Position numbers and translations under genes: made by a program. 64,000 bases of DNA from the human T2T-CHM13v2.0 reference genome, Homo sapiens. Location of the stretch: the NCBI RefSeq assembly GCF_009914755.1, contig NC_060929.1, one strand, 5' to 3'. The notes beneath the pieces are model-generated. The model did no database searches. It was not told the DNA's origin and worked only from the letters and a program-made list of their open reading frames with translations. Of this stretch, positions 19,615-33,664 are shown in pieces. Each line of letters opens with the position of its first letter. Position 1 is the stretch's first letter.

Positions 19615-19739
19615 TTATGTCATCAACATATTCATTATAAAATTCTGATTAAACAATCTCATCAGTCATAGCTGTTCTTCTGGACTGTAATTACAGACCT
19701 TAATGAGGCGGTGACATTATTAGAAATGTAAAATTTTCT

Positions 19740-20038
19740 GGACCGGGCGCAGTGGCTCACGCCTGTAATCCCAGCACTTTGGGAGGCCGAGGCGGGCAGA
19801 TCACGAGGTCAGCAGATCCAGACCATCCTGGCTAACACGGTGAAACCCCGTCTCTACTAAATATTCAAAAAATCAGCCGGACGTGGTGGCGGGCACCTGT
19901 AGTCCCAGCTACTCAGGAGTCTGAGGCAGGAGAATGGCGTGAAATCGGAAGGCGGAGCTTGCAGTGAGCCGAGATCGCACCACTGCACTCCAGCCTGGGT
20001 GACAGAGCGAGACTCCGTCTCAAAAAAAAAAAAAAAAA
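19740..20038 (+). mobile_element. AluY
   Basis: Diagnostic ACCATCCTGGCTAACACGG, GGAGAATGGCGTGAA, GGCGGAGCTTGCAGTG; CpGs largely retained; TSD AGAAATGTA..ATTTTCT. Confidence 0.93.
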
Positions 20039-21149
20039 GAAATGTAGCATTTTCTGGATATCAGCAAATACCACAGAAAGGTTGTCCCTCTTCTTTGGCC
20101 TTGTAACTTGACCTTCAAGCTCTATAAATTCCTATTCTTGAAACCTCTGGGCCTTGTGACTCTTAGATTACTACATATTAACTTCCTTTTGCCTGCTTAT
20201 CTAGTATCTTTTACTGCTAACACGAATTTATGTTCATCTTTTCTCTCCGTCACCCTTAAGTCCTTTGCTGGCTAATCCTTCCACTCCCCACCATCATTGC
20301 TTTTTCCAAAACGTCTCTGGAGAAGCCTTTAGCTCATTAAGGGGACTTTCCAGCTCTTTCAACATTGTTATACTTCTGTTTATGTTTTCACGTATCATAA
20401 ATTTCATATTGTAAATTCTTTGAGGGCAAGAACCATACATTTTATTTATCGGTTTATCCTAAGCACCTGCTGTGAGGTAGGTAGCCTTTTCCACTTAATT
20501 GATTACATCTATATCATTTTAAATTAGTGGTATGTAATTATTGTGATTTATGATGCTTTCCACATTTCTACAGATCAAATACACACCTTTTGTTAAGAAA
20601 TAAACACATTTACTTACAGAGTAGTATTCATAAACATAGAAACCGGTTTTGCTTTTTGCGTGAATATCTGTTGGTTGATTTTTATTTTTTATTGCTACAT
20701 TTGACAAACCTAATGTCATTAAAGAATTACGTTATCATTTAAGACCTTTAACCATGTGACTGCTTGTCTCACAGGTTTACACTTGAAACTATTCACTGTG
20801 CAGTCAAATAAGCAAGTAATGTAGATATTATCTACAGAAAGAATTCACCTGGGATACAGGATGTTAAGAAAACAGAGGGTGAGGACATTTTATTGCCGTA
20901 GACTTTCCTCATTCAGCTGGAAATTTTCCCTTTTCATTTAACATTAACTTGAATAGACTGAATTTTGCATAAATACAGACATTTTAATCTTCATCTCTGA
21001 TGCAACTCAAGAACATACATCACTGTTGTGTCCCATACATCACTGCACTGTTCACAATCTTTCTGGATAGATCTCCTGGTCATGGTGATGCAGTGGCTTC
21101 TATTTGCTGTGTGATGCTTCACTGTTCTGATGTGTCTTGTGTCTTTGCT

Positions 21150-21231
21150 CTTCGTGAGTTTGCATCTCTACATTTATGCTCCTGAAGATACTTCGTGAGT
21201 TTGCATCTCTACATTTATGCTCCTGAAGATA
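21150..21231. repeat. Perfect 41-bp tandem duplication
   Basis: CTTCGTGAGTTTGCATCTCTACATTTATGCTCCTGAAGATA at 21150-21190 and 21191-21231. Confidence 0.97.
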
Positions 21232-22102
21232 TTTCCTAATGGGCATTTGGCCTGAAATTTAGGTACAGCCTCCTGATCCATTTAGCAAAATATCCCGGGG
21301 TAATGTGGGAGTGGTTGGAGAGATTTCAAGGCAGATAGGTAATTGGAAATCTAATGGAAGAGTAGTGAGTAGGAGGGCCTGATCTAGGATCAGATAAGAG
21401 GTATAGTTTCAGGGATTTGCCCTGGAGATAGTGGAAGGTCCTATAGAGCAGAGAAAGTAGGTGGGAAAAAAAAAAAAAAAAAAAAACAACTATGTGGAAG
21501 AGATAAATCAGAGCCCAGTTCTCTGGAAATGGCTGCAGGAATGACACAGAAAACTGGCTAGTGGGGATGAAGGTGAATTTCTCTTTTTAGGAAAGGTGAA
21601 GGAGAACACAGGTGCCTGAGAGTCCTGAGCATTGAGGCCAAGCAATCCTGCCATCTCCTCAGACGTGTTATGGGGCCCAACAACATGGCTGCCAGCCAAG
21701 AGCACAGCCAGAATGCTCAGAGCTTCAAATCTCGATTAAGTAGCAATTGCAGCAATATTTCAAATTCCTTATTAGCAGGGAGAGATCTAATGCCTGATCA
21801 CCTTTCTTTATTGAGGAGAGACAGAGCAAACTACAAATAATGGGGTACTTAGAGCAAAGAGCTTGGATGGAGTTAGAGCTAGAATAGAGAACTGGCATTT
21901 CTCATACAAGTGCTAATCTGAGTAAAAATATATAGAATGCTTTTCCACTCCACAGGATTTTATACAAATTTATTAAATTTATGAAGCTTATTTTAAAATA
22001 GGATTATTTCTAAATACTATATAAGAATACAGCAAAATGCAAATTCCTAGATACCATTACATTGTATCACTCACTCTAACGTCCTAAATAACTGCTCACT
22101 TT

Positions 22103-22627
22103 TGTTAAATAGAAATTGTAGGAGGCCATTTTTTGGACTGAGCTCCTATACCAGGCTCCATCAGATGAAACTAAAAACCAAAAGAGTCATCAGGTCAAAG
22201 TTCCATGTCACCAAACTGAAACTGAGTTGTTATCTGGCCTTCTGAGAAATTGGTAGAGAAAGATCAGGCCAAATTTCCCAGACAGGCCAGTTTCAGTGGA
22301 CATAAAAATGAAATTCCCTCTGCTTTAATCCTTACCAAAATAAATAAATAAATAATCAGAAGTAACCAACGTTAGTCAGTCAGTTATTTTTCTATTGTTC
22401 TGTCTTCCTGTTCCTGCCTTACAAGGGCTATAACTTTGAAACAACCAATCTGCTGTTCTTTCTTTGTTTTTGCTTTCAAGGCCCTTCTCTGTCTATAAAA
22501 CCAAGCTCCTCTACTCACAGCTCATGGGGAAACTTCTTCTGTTTTCTAGAATGAGTGTTGCCCATTTCTAGAATGATGACTAAAGCCAATTAAGACCTTT
22601 AAATTGTTGTAATTTCGTATTCTGACA
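22103..22627 (+). mobile_element. Solo ERV1 LTR (MER31-like)
   Basis: Starts TGTTAAAT...AGGAGGCCATT..TTGGACTGAGCTCCT, has TATAAAA at ~22494 and ends ...TGACA. Confidence 0.7.
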
Positions 22628-22644
22628 TTTACAAAATCTATTTT

Positions 22645-22712
22645 TATATATATACACATACATATACATATATACACACATATATACACATATATGTGTA
22701 TATATGTGTATA

Positions 22713-22745
<33 letters not shown>
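22645..22745. repeat. (TA)n/(CA)n/(TG)n compound microsatellite
   Basis: Alternating purine-pyrimidine run next to the Alu poly-T. Confidence 0.9.
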
Positions 22746-22762
<17 letters not shown>

Positions 22763-23052
22763 TTTTTTGTGACAGGGTCTTGCTCTGTCACCCAGTCTGG
22801 AGTGCAGTGGCACAATCATGGCTAACTGCAGCCTCAACCTCCCAGGCTCAAGTGATCCTCCCACCTCAGCTTCCTGAGTATCTGGGACCACAGGCATGCG
22901 CCACCATGCCTAGCTAATTTTTAAAATTTTTTTGTAGAGACAGGGTTTCACTATGTTGCCCAGGCTGATCTCGAACTACTGGGCTCAAGCTGTTGCCCTG
23001 CTTTGGTCTCCCAAAGTGCTAGGATTACGAGCGTGAGCCACCATGTGTGGCC
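22746..23052 (-). mobile_element. AluJ
   Basis: Antisense dimer with J-type GACAGGGTCTTGC and CTGGGCTCAAG. Confidence 0.9.
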
Positions 23053-23989
23053 TATTTTGACATTTTAAATCAAGTTGAATTTCCCGTCTTGAGTAGGCCT
23101 TCCTTTTTTTTTTTTTTTTTTTTTAAGATGACTCCTAGGCTCTTGATTAGGTTTATCCACAAAATTCCATTCAAGCTGCTGCCATATTTTCCTCTGAATG
23201 TGCACATAGAAAAGGAGATTTGACTGCTTTTTGCTTTCAGATCTCCGGAGGAAAATCTCTTTTGCTATCCTCATGCTTCTTTTTACCTTGTGGTCAAAGC
23301 AAAAGAACAACAAAAAAACAAAACAAACACAAACACAACACACACACACACATGCAGAGATAAGTCTTTACAATCTACTTTCATCTGCACACAGCCTTTC
23401 TTCTTGTTACAGTGGAAAGTGGGAGAAATGTTTCTCTGGCAACCTAAAGCCAATCCCTCACCTGTATGCTGAATTCCATCCCCTTTCACCCTTTCAGATT
23501 TAAATAATCATGGTGGAGCCTCATGAAGGAAAATTCCACAGGTGATAAATATTCATCTGTAGAAAACTATTGACACAAGAGGATGTTAACAATATATTCT
23601 TAAATGAAAAAAGTCAGGCTGTACAACAATATGTATATTAGAATAGCATTTGAAATAGATAATACAGATACATAGGTAGATAGAAAAGACTGAGAGAATG
23701 TATATATGAGCAGTGATTATTCCTTAATAGCAAGATTATGGGTGGGGGTATGTGTGTCTGGAGAAGTGTCTGCATTTTCTAATTTGTATGCATAGAGTTT
23801 AATTATGTTTGGAAATTAAATTATTAAATTTTAAATACTTAAAGAGGCAAATCATGAGGGTAGCTGTTCACTCCCACTACGAATAAAGTCAAGTCTCCAT
23901 CTGGAGCTTTAGGCTTTGAGTCTTATCCAAGAGCACCTATTTGAATAACACAGTAAGAATCCATAGCATCAATCTTATGTAGACCTTTT

Positions 23990-24125
23990 AAGAAAAGTAC
24001 ATTCTTGGCCTTATCCCACCCAGATAATTTGAACCAGAAAAGCTGAGGATAGAGCCCAGAAATCTGTGTTTTCTCAAGCCCTGCAGGGGATTCTGATGCA
24101 CACTAAAGTTTGAGAATCATTGCTC
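23990..24125. mobile_element. MER5-type hAT-Charlie remnant
   Basis: ...GCCCAGAAATCTG...GATTCTGATGCACACTAAAGTTTGAGAATCATTG. Confidence 0.65.
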
Positions 24126-24340
24126 ACCATAAGTTGACTTCTACACAAAGACATAGTCCCATGGAGTGTGGAAAAAGCATAAACAAATTGATTGTCATCT
24201 GCCCATGCTCTCATGAACAAATGGGAGAGAAACAAAAGAATCCTTAACTAAGAGAAGGCTAAGGGTTAGTTTCTCTCACCACCCTGGGCAAATGGAAGAG
24301 ATGGATGGGTGGAAGCGTTCCTACAGCCAACAAGTCTTCA

Positions 24341-24736
<396 letters not shown>

Positions 24737-25451
24737 CTACTGTGTTATGCTGTCCCAGAGAGATGATTATTGGACCCTCCTCCCATTGGGCTGGCTAGAT
24801 GTAGTCCTCTTATTGACAGGGGCAGGAAACTAGAGGCACTGCCCAGTCACATCAAGAGAAATCAGGCATCAGGGAAAGGCTGCCAGGCAAAGGGGACTCT
24901 CCCTTTTAAAAACATATCACACAGTAACATTTTAAACAGAACATTGGTACTTAAAATGCTGCATTTAATTGACTTCCATTAGCCTGTTTTCTATCTAAAG
25001 GATATGGTTTAAAACATTTTAAGGGAGAGTCATTACAATTAGTATTTGTCTGGAGGGGCATGCCCCAGCCCCATCCAAAGTGGTTATCCTAGGAAATTCT
25101 CATAAAAGCAAACTGATAACTGTAATAAAAGAATATGCCCATAATTGCACCTTAATAGAGTTTTTAAAATTTGGGAAAAAATTGTTAGTATAATCTCTAC
25201 CAATTACAATATAATTTCTCAGATCATTTTAGGCCTCTTTTGTGTAATTTATTCATTAAACATTATGTCATAATTAAATATAAAGATTATTTAATTAGAA
25301 TATGCCCTTAAATATGGAGGGCACCTAGGGAACATGTCAAGGCTATTTCTTCATTGGTAAAATGACAACTTTAATACAAAAACATACTAAAGAATAAGAT
25401 GTTCTCACTACGGACACTATAAATAATAATGAACAAAAATATCACAATCTA

Positions 25452-25590
25452 GGCCAGTCATGGTGGCTCACACCTGTAATCTCAGCATTTTTGGGAAGCC
25501 AAGGCAGGAAGATCACTTGAGGCCAAAAGTTCAAGACCAGCCTGGGTGGTAGAGCAAGACCCCATCTCTATGAAAAATAAAAATAAAAAG
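25452..25590 (+). mobile_element. Alu left monomer (FLAM-like)
   Basis: Single arm ending in an A-rich tail. Confidence 0.8.
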
Positions 25591-26340
25591 TCGAAGTCTA
25601 AATCTATGTAAATAATATATTGACTCTATGTATAACATTCATTTCCCACTTATGCAAATATTTTCCATTTATTCCATATTTGCAAAAATAAAACCATTTT
25701 AAAAATATTCCTTAAAATTATACCATCTCCTTAAAATTATACCATCTTCTTTATTTCCTCGAATACCTATATTTACTTCCAAGTGATAATTTTTTTTTAA
25801 GTTTTAGGCTTTGCTGGATATTATTTTATGAAAGGATTAGATATTGCCTTAGGGAACTTTAAAAAATAATTTTATAAAAATTCTTTCCAATGGATACAAT
25901 TTTTCTCTGTTTCTAGTTTGCTAGTGCATTGGCTTTTTTTTTAAGGTATGCAAATGTATGGAAATGATTCTTTTACTAGGAGAAATATCTATGTTCATTA
26001 TTCTTGTTTCATGAACCCTGTTCTGACAAGGAGCTCACTCCAATACCAGAAATTAAGTTTCTTGGTAAACTCAGAGCTATTTTGAAATTTTATTTGTCTA
26101 GTAATGATGCCTTGAAAGAAACATAATGCCCATTCAGATGCCATCAGGCTCACTGATTTTCGAGATGATTTCATGTGTGATATAAGAACAGTAGGATCTG
26201 AGATTCCCTTGTTAGTCTTAACCTTCCAATAGATCCTATACATGCTGGCTTGAAATGACAATACTGAAATACTGAGCTCTTTCACGATCACATAAAAACA
26301 TACCACTGTTATTTCCACCCATTTTAATAGTTCATGGTGG

Positions 26341-26642
26341 GGCTGGGTGCAGTGGCTCACGCCTGTAATCCCAACACTTTGCGAGGCCGAAGCGGGCAAA
26401 TCACTTGAGGTCAGGAGTTCCAGACCAGCCTGGCCAACATGATGAAACCCCATTTCTACTAAAAATACAAAAATTAGCTGGGCATGGTGGCACACGCCTG
26501 TAATCCCAGCTACTCGGGAGGCTGAGACAGGAGAATCACTTGAACCTGGAAGGTAGAGTTTGCAGTGGTGAGCCAAGATCCCGCCACTGCATCCAGCCTG
26601 GGCAACAGAGTGAGACTTTGTCTCAAAAAAAAAAAAAAAAAA
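26341..26642 (+). mobile_element. AluS
   Basis: Full dimer; degenerate TSD AATAG.T.ATGGTG. Confidence 0.93.
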
Positions 26643-27094
26643 GAATAGCTTATGGTGTAGGAAGAGCAGATTAAGCAGAAAGAAAGTAAAATGAACCTCT
26701 AGCTCCATATGCCTTACCACCTCCAGGCCACCATTCTGTCTCATCTGCCCAGAATTTAAGGATTGAGATTTTCATGTTGGTTATGCACATTATGTTGTCT
26801 AATTTTCCCAAGAATCCATTAAGAAAGTTACTATTTTTATTATCCTCATCTTATAGATGATGAGACTGAGTCACAGAAACTCCAAAGCCTGCATGCTTCT
26901 CCACCACACAATATTACCAGAGATAGAGGAACCCCAACCCATTTACACTCATGGAATGCACAACTACCAGTTTTAAGCTATGGAATGGACTGAATACACT
27001 CTTCTTTCCAAAGACTTTGATTTTTTTATAGTATTTACATTTTGATAATAGCAACTGTGATAAAGAAGAATGCTGCTTCTCAGCAGTGATTTGT

Positions 27095-27576
27095 AGTTGT
27101 ATTATTTAGGATTAGATTTGGCTGCATGTGACAGAAGTTCTCAAACAATGGCTTAAAGAAGATCACAGTTTGCTTCTATCTCATGTAAAAGCCTAAGGCA
27201 GGCATCTCTGGGCTGCTGCAGCAGATTCTCAGAACCAGGGACTCAGGCCCTGCCTACTTTATTGCTATACCAGTCCCAGTTTTACTTTATGGTCCAAGAT
27301 AGCTGCTGGAGCTCTAGCAATTACATTTGGATTCCAGCCTGCAGAAGGAGAAAGTGTGGGAAGGGCAGGCCTTCCTTTTTTAAAGACATTTTCCAGAAGT
27401 TACACATATAACTCCGTTTGCATTAAATAGGCAGGCCATACTTATTCACATGGCCACCCCTGGCTGTAAGGAAGGAGGAAGAGTTCCCTTTGTTCTGGGT
27501 TGCCATGATGCCTGCCAAAACCTGAAGTAAGAATGGGGTAGGAATGGATTTGGGGAATCAACCCAGTCTTTGCCAC
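27095..27576 (-). mobile_element. Old MLT1 (J/K-like) LTR
   Basis: ...ATGGTCCAAGATAGCTGCTGGAGCTC...TTCCAGAAGT...CACATGGCCACCCCTGGCTG...TTTGCCACA. Confidence 0.6.
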
Positions 27577-28600
27577 AGGAGAGGAAAATGCATTCATGTT
27601 GGATGGACACAGGGTGAACGGGGGGCCGTGGTATACTGGAGAGCATATGCTCGCAGAGATATGGGCTACATGCAGCCAGATTTAAAGAGAAGCCAGAAAT
27701 CTAAATTTTTATGTGAGATTTCTTGATTCTTAAATATTGCCAGTTGATTAAAATATAAAAAAACAGTGCTGGCCAAATAAAAGCCATCTGTGTCAAGCCT
27801 ACAGGCTGACAGTTTGCTTCCTTTGATCTAAAACAACGGACTCTGTTTCTCTTTGAGATTTACTATTTTCAACCAAACAACAAATATTGATTGAGGACTA
27901 CAGTGTATAAGGTACCATGTCAAGGGTGATGAAGGACAGAAAGATATAATCTTTCACTGGAACAAGAAAGTCTCTGATGTAGGAGACAGGGTTCATGACT
28001 AGAATTGAAAAAAAGAGGTTGCAGTAAACTACTCTTTAGTTTTGCTTCATTTTGTTTTGGTTTTGATCCAGTTTCTTTACCTAGCCCCTAACACTGTATC
28101 TTATTTCCTTAGGTCTTTTCTCAATGTTTAATAGTTTCCATTCTCATTTTAACTCACTCAAGTAAATGAATCTGTCCCTAGAATTCCATACTTCTAAAAC
28201 GTATCTCTTGGAAATACTGAGTCTCCTTTTCCTTATTTTGTTGCTAATGTTTTGGTTGACAGAAAATTGTTTTAAGCCTTTCTTTACATGTGCTAGTCCT
28301 TGTAAAGTTAACCATATACACATACATATCATAATTTATGTCTGAACTTGACTTACTGTCCTCAAAAGGATGTGTGATGGGACAAAAATTATTAATATGT
28401 AAACGTCTATAACATTCATTCCTGCTCCTCCCAGAAGTAGAGAGTGAGAGGTATTGGTGGCAAAGACCAAAGTCACCCCATCAATTCTCTTGGGGAAAAG
28501 CAGTGAGTGGAACACCAGCAAGTCTTCCCCTGCCCTAGGATGATGCATCACTCAACGTTCCTGGTGTCCTCTGGTGCTGTCATGACTGGCAGATGGGAGT

Positions 28601-29308
<708 letters not shown>

Positions 29309-29309
29309 G

Positions 29310-29447
29310 GAAGAAGAAGAAGGAGAAGAAGAAGGAGAAGGAGAAGGAGAAGGAGAAGGAGAAGAAGAAGAAGAAGAAGAAGAAGAAGAAGAAGAAGAAG
29401 AAGAAGAAGAAGAAGAAGAAGAAGGGGAAGAAGAAGAAGAAGAAGAA
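29310..29447 (+). repeat. Interrupted (GAA)n repeat with a pure (GAA)21 core
   Basis: GAA/GGA-mixed block, then (GAA)21 at 29361-29423, GGG, then (GAA)7 at 29427-29447. Confidence 0.97.
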
Positions 29448-29524
29448 ACAGTTATTATCAAAGGATGCATTAGTCTGAAGCACTCCACTGCCATTCAGGC
29501 ACTGAGACATAGGAGTTGCGCTAT

Positions 29525-29967
29525 ACAATGGATACTTGGACAGTGCAGGGATTAGGAGCCCTGACCTCCCTCCCCCACAATACAAAATTAGCATATAAGT
29601 TGTGACTCCCCAAAAACTTAACTACGAATTGCCTCCTGCTGACCAGAAGCCTTATCAATAACGTAACAGGTGATTAACACACATTTTGTATATGTATTAT
29701 ATACTGTATTCTTACAATCAAGTAAGCTAGAGAAAAGAAAATGTTATTAAGAAAATTGTAAAGAAGAGAAAATATATTTACTATTTATTAAGTGCAAGTA
29801 GATTGTCATAAAGTTCTTCATCCTCATCATCGTCATGTTGGATAGGTAGAGGAGGAGGAGGAAGAAGAGGAGTTGGTCTTGCTGTCTCGGGGTAGCAGAG
29901 GCAGAAGAAAATCCAAAATTAAGTGGATCCACAAAGTTCAAACCCATGCTGTTGAAGGGTCAAATGT
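29525..29967. mobile_element. Tigger2a (MER28)-like TcMar DNA transposon
   Basis: GACTCCCCAAAAACTTAACTAC...AAGCTAGAGAAAAGAAAATGTTATTAAGAAAA...GTTCAAACCC.TG.TGTT.AAGGGTCAA.TG. Confidence 0.85.
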
Positions 29968-30550
29968 GTAAACATTTCACAGTTCTTAGTAATGTCACTG
30001 ATTAAGGGTTGGCCCACACTTTTATAGTAATAGGAATTTATTTGTTTGCATTTATGGCCTGTGAAGAAAAACAACAACAACATTATACTTGGCCATCTAT
30101 CTCCCTCCTTCCCTCTCTCCATCCCTCCCTCCCTTCATCCAGCCCTCTTTTCTTCTTGCCCTCTCTTCCTCCCTTCCTTTCACCTTTCCTTCTCTCCTTT
30201 GCTTTCTTTCAAACAATTGTGAAGACTTTCATTATTTTCTAATAAGAATCTTAAAACATTTTCACTTAATGATAACCAATCATACTTATTTAAGCAATCA
30301 AATGATTATTTTTCCCAATACCATTGCAAAGATCATAATAAATTCTTATTTGTTCAAGGCTGCCGTCCTATATGTAACCTCACTCACCAGGAGCTATATT
30401 CAAAGATAAGGCCCCTCCTCCCTTCACTTTCTATATATTTTCTAATTTTTCACAGAAAGTTCCCTCAACCCTTCTGCCTTGAGTAATAGGTCACTCTGTC
30501 CCCTAAATACAGCTTGTGTTGGGTTCCAAATATCACTTTTATACCGTCAC

Positions 30551-30712
30551 TTTTTTTTCTTAAGAGATGGAGTCTTGCTGTTTTGCCTAGACTGAAGTGC
30601 AGCGGCACAATCATAGCTTATTGCAGCCTCAATCTCCTGGACTCAAGGGATCCTCCTGCCTTAGCCTCCCAAGTAGCTGGGACTAGAGGTGCGTGCCACC
30701 ACACCTGGCTAA
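30551..30712 (-). mobile_element. Alu right monomer (FRAM/AluJ fragment)
   Basis: Single antisense arm ending CCTGGCTAAT. Confidence 0.8.
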
Positions 30713-31212
30713 TCCATCAATACTCTTGAAAAAAAATCCTCCTTCTTTGAAATATATGACACCTGCTATCCCTCCTTGTCATTGGAAACCACATATTTCT
30801 GGTCACTCCTACTGAGGCTTCAAAATCCTTAGTTCCCTTGTTCTCCACCAAGATCATCCTTAAAAAGCCTAACATTGAATCAGTCCAACTATCCACCTCC
30901 ACTCCTACACTAACATTGCTAGGCTACTGGAGAAAATCTATAAATGCAGAGATTATTTCTATCATACTGTCTCCACCTCATTTGGGCTTTCAATACTACT
31001 TGTCAATCCCTTATATGTCCCTAGCAAATGTTCTCTCCAATTCTACGCACAATCTACTGAAAACGCTCTTCCTCATGCCACTTATGCTGACATTAATTTC
31101 TTTTCTCTTACTAATTAACTTCCCCCCTACCCCCCAAAAATACTGCTTTTGGGTATTGACTTTTTCCATTTCTTACCCCTATATTTACAAACAAGTCTAT
31201 AAATACATCCAC

Positions 31213-31664
31213 TGAGGTACACTGATTGCATTCATTGCCCCAATTAACCACCTCCCTTTTCCACACCCTTTGCCCTACAATTTTGTAGTCCCTTCCCATT
31301 CTGATCCTGTGCTTGCCCCTGTAACTTCCTTTTGTGGAGGCTTGAAGAAGTGCTTGCCTATTTCTGCCTTCTGTTTGGAGCTCTGCTAGGACCTTGAACA
31401 GAAGCCCAAGCCAACCTGCTGGAGGATGAGAGCACATCGAACAGAGCTGAATTGTCCTAGCCAAGACCGTCCTAGTCCAGCCAGTCTCAGCCAATCTATC
31501 AGCTGACCACAGAGCATGAACAAGCCTGAAGATAAGAGTTGTCAAATCTGGTTCAGTAGAACTGCCTACTTAATCTGCAGACTCATGAGAAATAATAAGT
31601 AGTGGTTGTTTTCAACCACTACATTTTGGGATGGTTAGTTATGTAACAATGGCTGACTAACACA
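31213..31664 (+). mobile_element. MLT1H-like LTR
   Basis: TG...CA; 3' end ...CATGAGAAATAATAA...GGTTGTTTTCAACCACTACATTTTGGGATGGTT...GGCTGACTAACACA. Confidence 0.7.
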
Positions 31665-31980
31665 AACTCTCACCTCCATTTCTCCGCTCTCAGAGGAAGA
31701 AGAATCCTTTCTCCTTTTTAAGACAAATTTATCTACTTGCCCTTTATCCCATTCCTGCATTTCAGATCTCATCCTTTTGATTATCTCTCTCTATATTGCA
31801 TTTTCAACCTCTTGCTCCCTTTTGACCTCTTTCCCTTATATATTAATATAAGCAAGTTCAAATCTTTCCCATTAAAATAAAACAAACATACAAAAATAAA
31901 CCTGTGTCTTCCACAAGTTATTGACCTATTCTGTCATTCTTTTCATTTATATTCCTTGAAATGATAATAATTTATACTAG

Positions 31981-32396
31981 TGCATTAGTTAGGGTTCTCC
32001 AGAGAAACAGCACCAACAGGATGTATATATTTATAGAGAGAGATTTATTTTAAGCAATCGGTTTATGCAATTGTGGAGGCTCAGTGAATTTAAAATCTGA
32101 TGATGTAGGCTAGCAGGCTAGAGACTCAGAGAAAAGTTACAATTGGAGTCCACAGGCAGTCTGCCGGCAGAATTTTTTTCTTGCTCAGAGGAGGCCAGTC
32201 TTTGTTCTACTATGGCCTTCAATTAATTAGATGAGACCCACCCACATGATGGAGGGTAATCTGTTTTACTCAAAGTTTTCCAATTTCAATGTTAATCTTA
32301 TCCAAAAAACATCTTCACAGAAACAAACACTATAATGTTTGACCAAATATCTGGGCACCATAGTACAGCCAAGCTGACATAAAATTAACCATCACA
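31981..32396 (-). mobile_element. MLT2 (B/C-like) ERVL solo LTR
   Basis: TG.ATTAGTTAGGGTTCTCCAGAGAAACAG...GACATAAAATTAACCATCACA. Confidence 0.85.
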
Positions 32397-32635
32397 ACTT
32401 TCTACACCCTTTTTTTTTTATTTCCATTAACCATTCACCTTTTCAGTTATCATCTTATTAATCTACCCAAGGTATGTGATACCACAAATGCTTTCTTCTT
32501 TGTCCTTTTACTTTCTTTACAGCCCTCTCTCATAGATTGCTTCCTATCTCTCTGACTGCTGCTCTTCAGGTTTATTTATGATCTTTCTCCTTCCTTCCTT
32601 CCTTGCTTCTTACCTTCCTTCCTTCTTTCTCTGTC

Positions 32636-32746
32636 TTTTTTTTTTTTTTTTGAGACAGGGTCTCTCTGTGTTACCCAGCCTGGTCTCAAACTCCTGGATT
32701 CAAGGGATCCTCCTGCTTCAGCCTCTCAAGTACCTGAGATTACAGG
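32636..32746 (-). mobile_element. Alu monomer (FLAM-like)
   Basis: Short antisense arm after poly-T. Confidence 0.75.
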
Positions 32747-32936
32747 TCTACAACTGTAAATCATCCTTAGGGTTGTGATTCCCAGACTACCTGGGCCTTC
32801 TCATGTAACAGTGGCTCCAGCTACCAAATCTATATCTTCCACTTAGCTCGCTCTTCTGAGCTTCATTTCATTCATTCTTTCATTGAGGGTGTTAATAGGG
32901 TGTCTATCTTAATGAATGCAATGCACTATGGGGCCT

Positions 32937-33664
32937 TGTGGCAACTTTTAAAATGTCCCCCCAAAACCCTGCCTCCTGTTATTCACACTCTTGTTTTACT
33001 CCTTCCTTTGAGTGTGGGCTTCCAATGAATAGAATACAGCTAAAGTAAAGAGATGTTACTTATGAGATTAGGTTACAAAAACACTCTGGCTTCTTTTCTT
33101 ATTAACTCCCTCTTACCCTCTCTTAGAGCTGTCTCCTTCTGTCTTTCTCAAAAGTCTTTGCTCTGGGAGAAGCAAGCTGACATGTTGTGTAGGAAGCCTT
33201 ACGAAGAGGCTTATATGGCAAGGAACTCAGGTTTCAGGCCAATAGCCAGAAATAACTTGAGGCCTGCCACCAGCTATGCTAGTGAGCTTGCTAGTGAGAG
33301 GAAGCAGGTCCTCTCCAGTTGAGTCTTGAGATGACTGCCTACCTGGTCAATACCTTGATTGCAGCCTTCTGAGAGACCCTGAGTCAGGGGCACCCAGTTA
33401 AGTTGTATAACTAATGAGCTGGTCAAAGGGATGTGGACGTAAGTGGTGTGTGCAACTTCTGGAATGTGCCCTTAAAAGGAAGGTAACATCATGTTTCCCT
33501 TTGACTCCTTTTCTGCTGGCTGGAATGCAGTGTAATTGTTGTGGTGAGCTGACTTGAACTGTGAGGATTCTTGATCCACAAAAACCATGAGAAAATAAAT
33601 ATTTATGGTTACAAGCTGCTATGTGTTTATGTAATTTGTTTTACTGCAATAAATAACTTATACA
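32937..33664 (+). mobile_element. MLT1E/F-like LTR carrying a foreign 157-bp insert
   Basis: TGTGG...AATAAATAACTTATACA with near-TSD GGCCT/GGGCT; interrupted at 33411-33567. Confidence 0.75.

Noticed and set aside
25998-26744. Longest ORF in the track (248 aa, minus strand)
   Set aside because: Its core is a translated antisense Alu; no domain or splice support.
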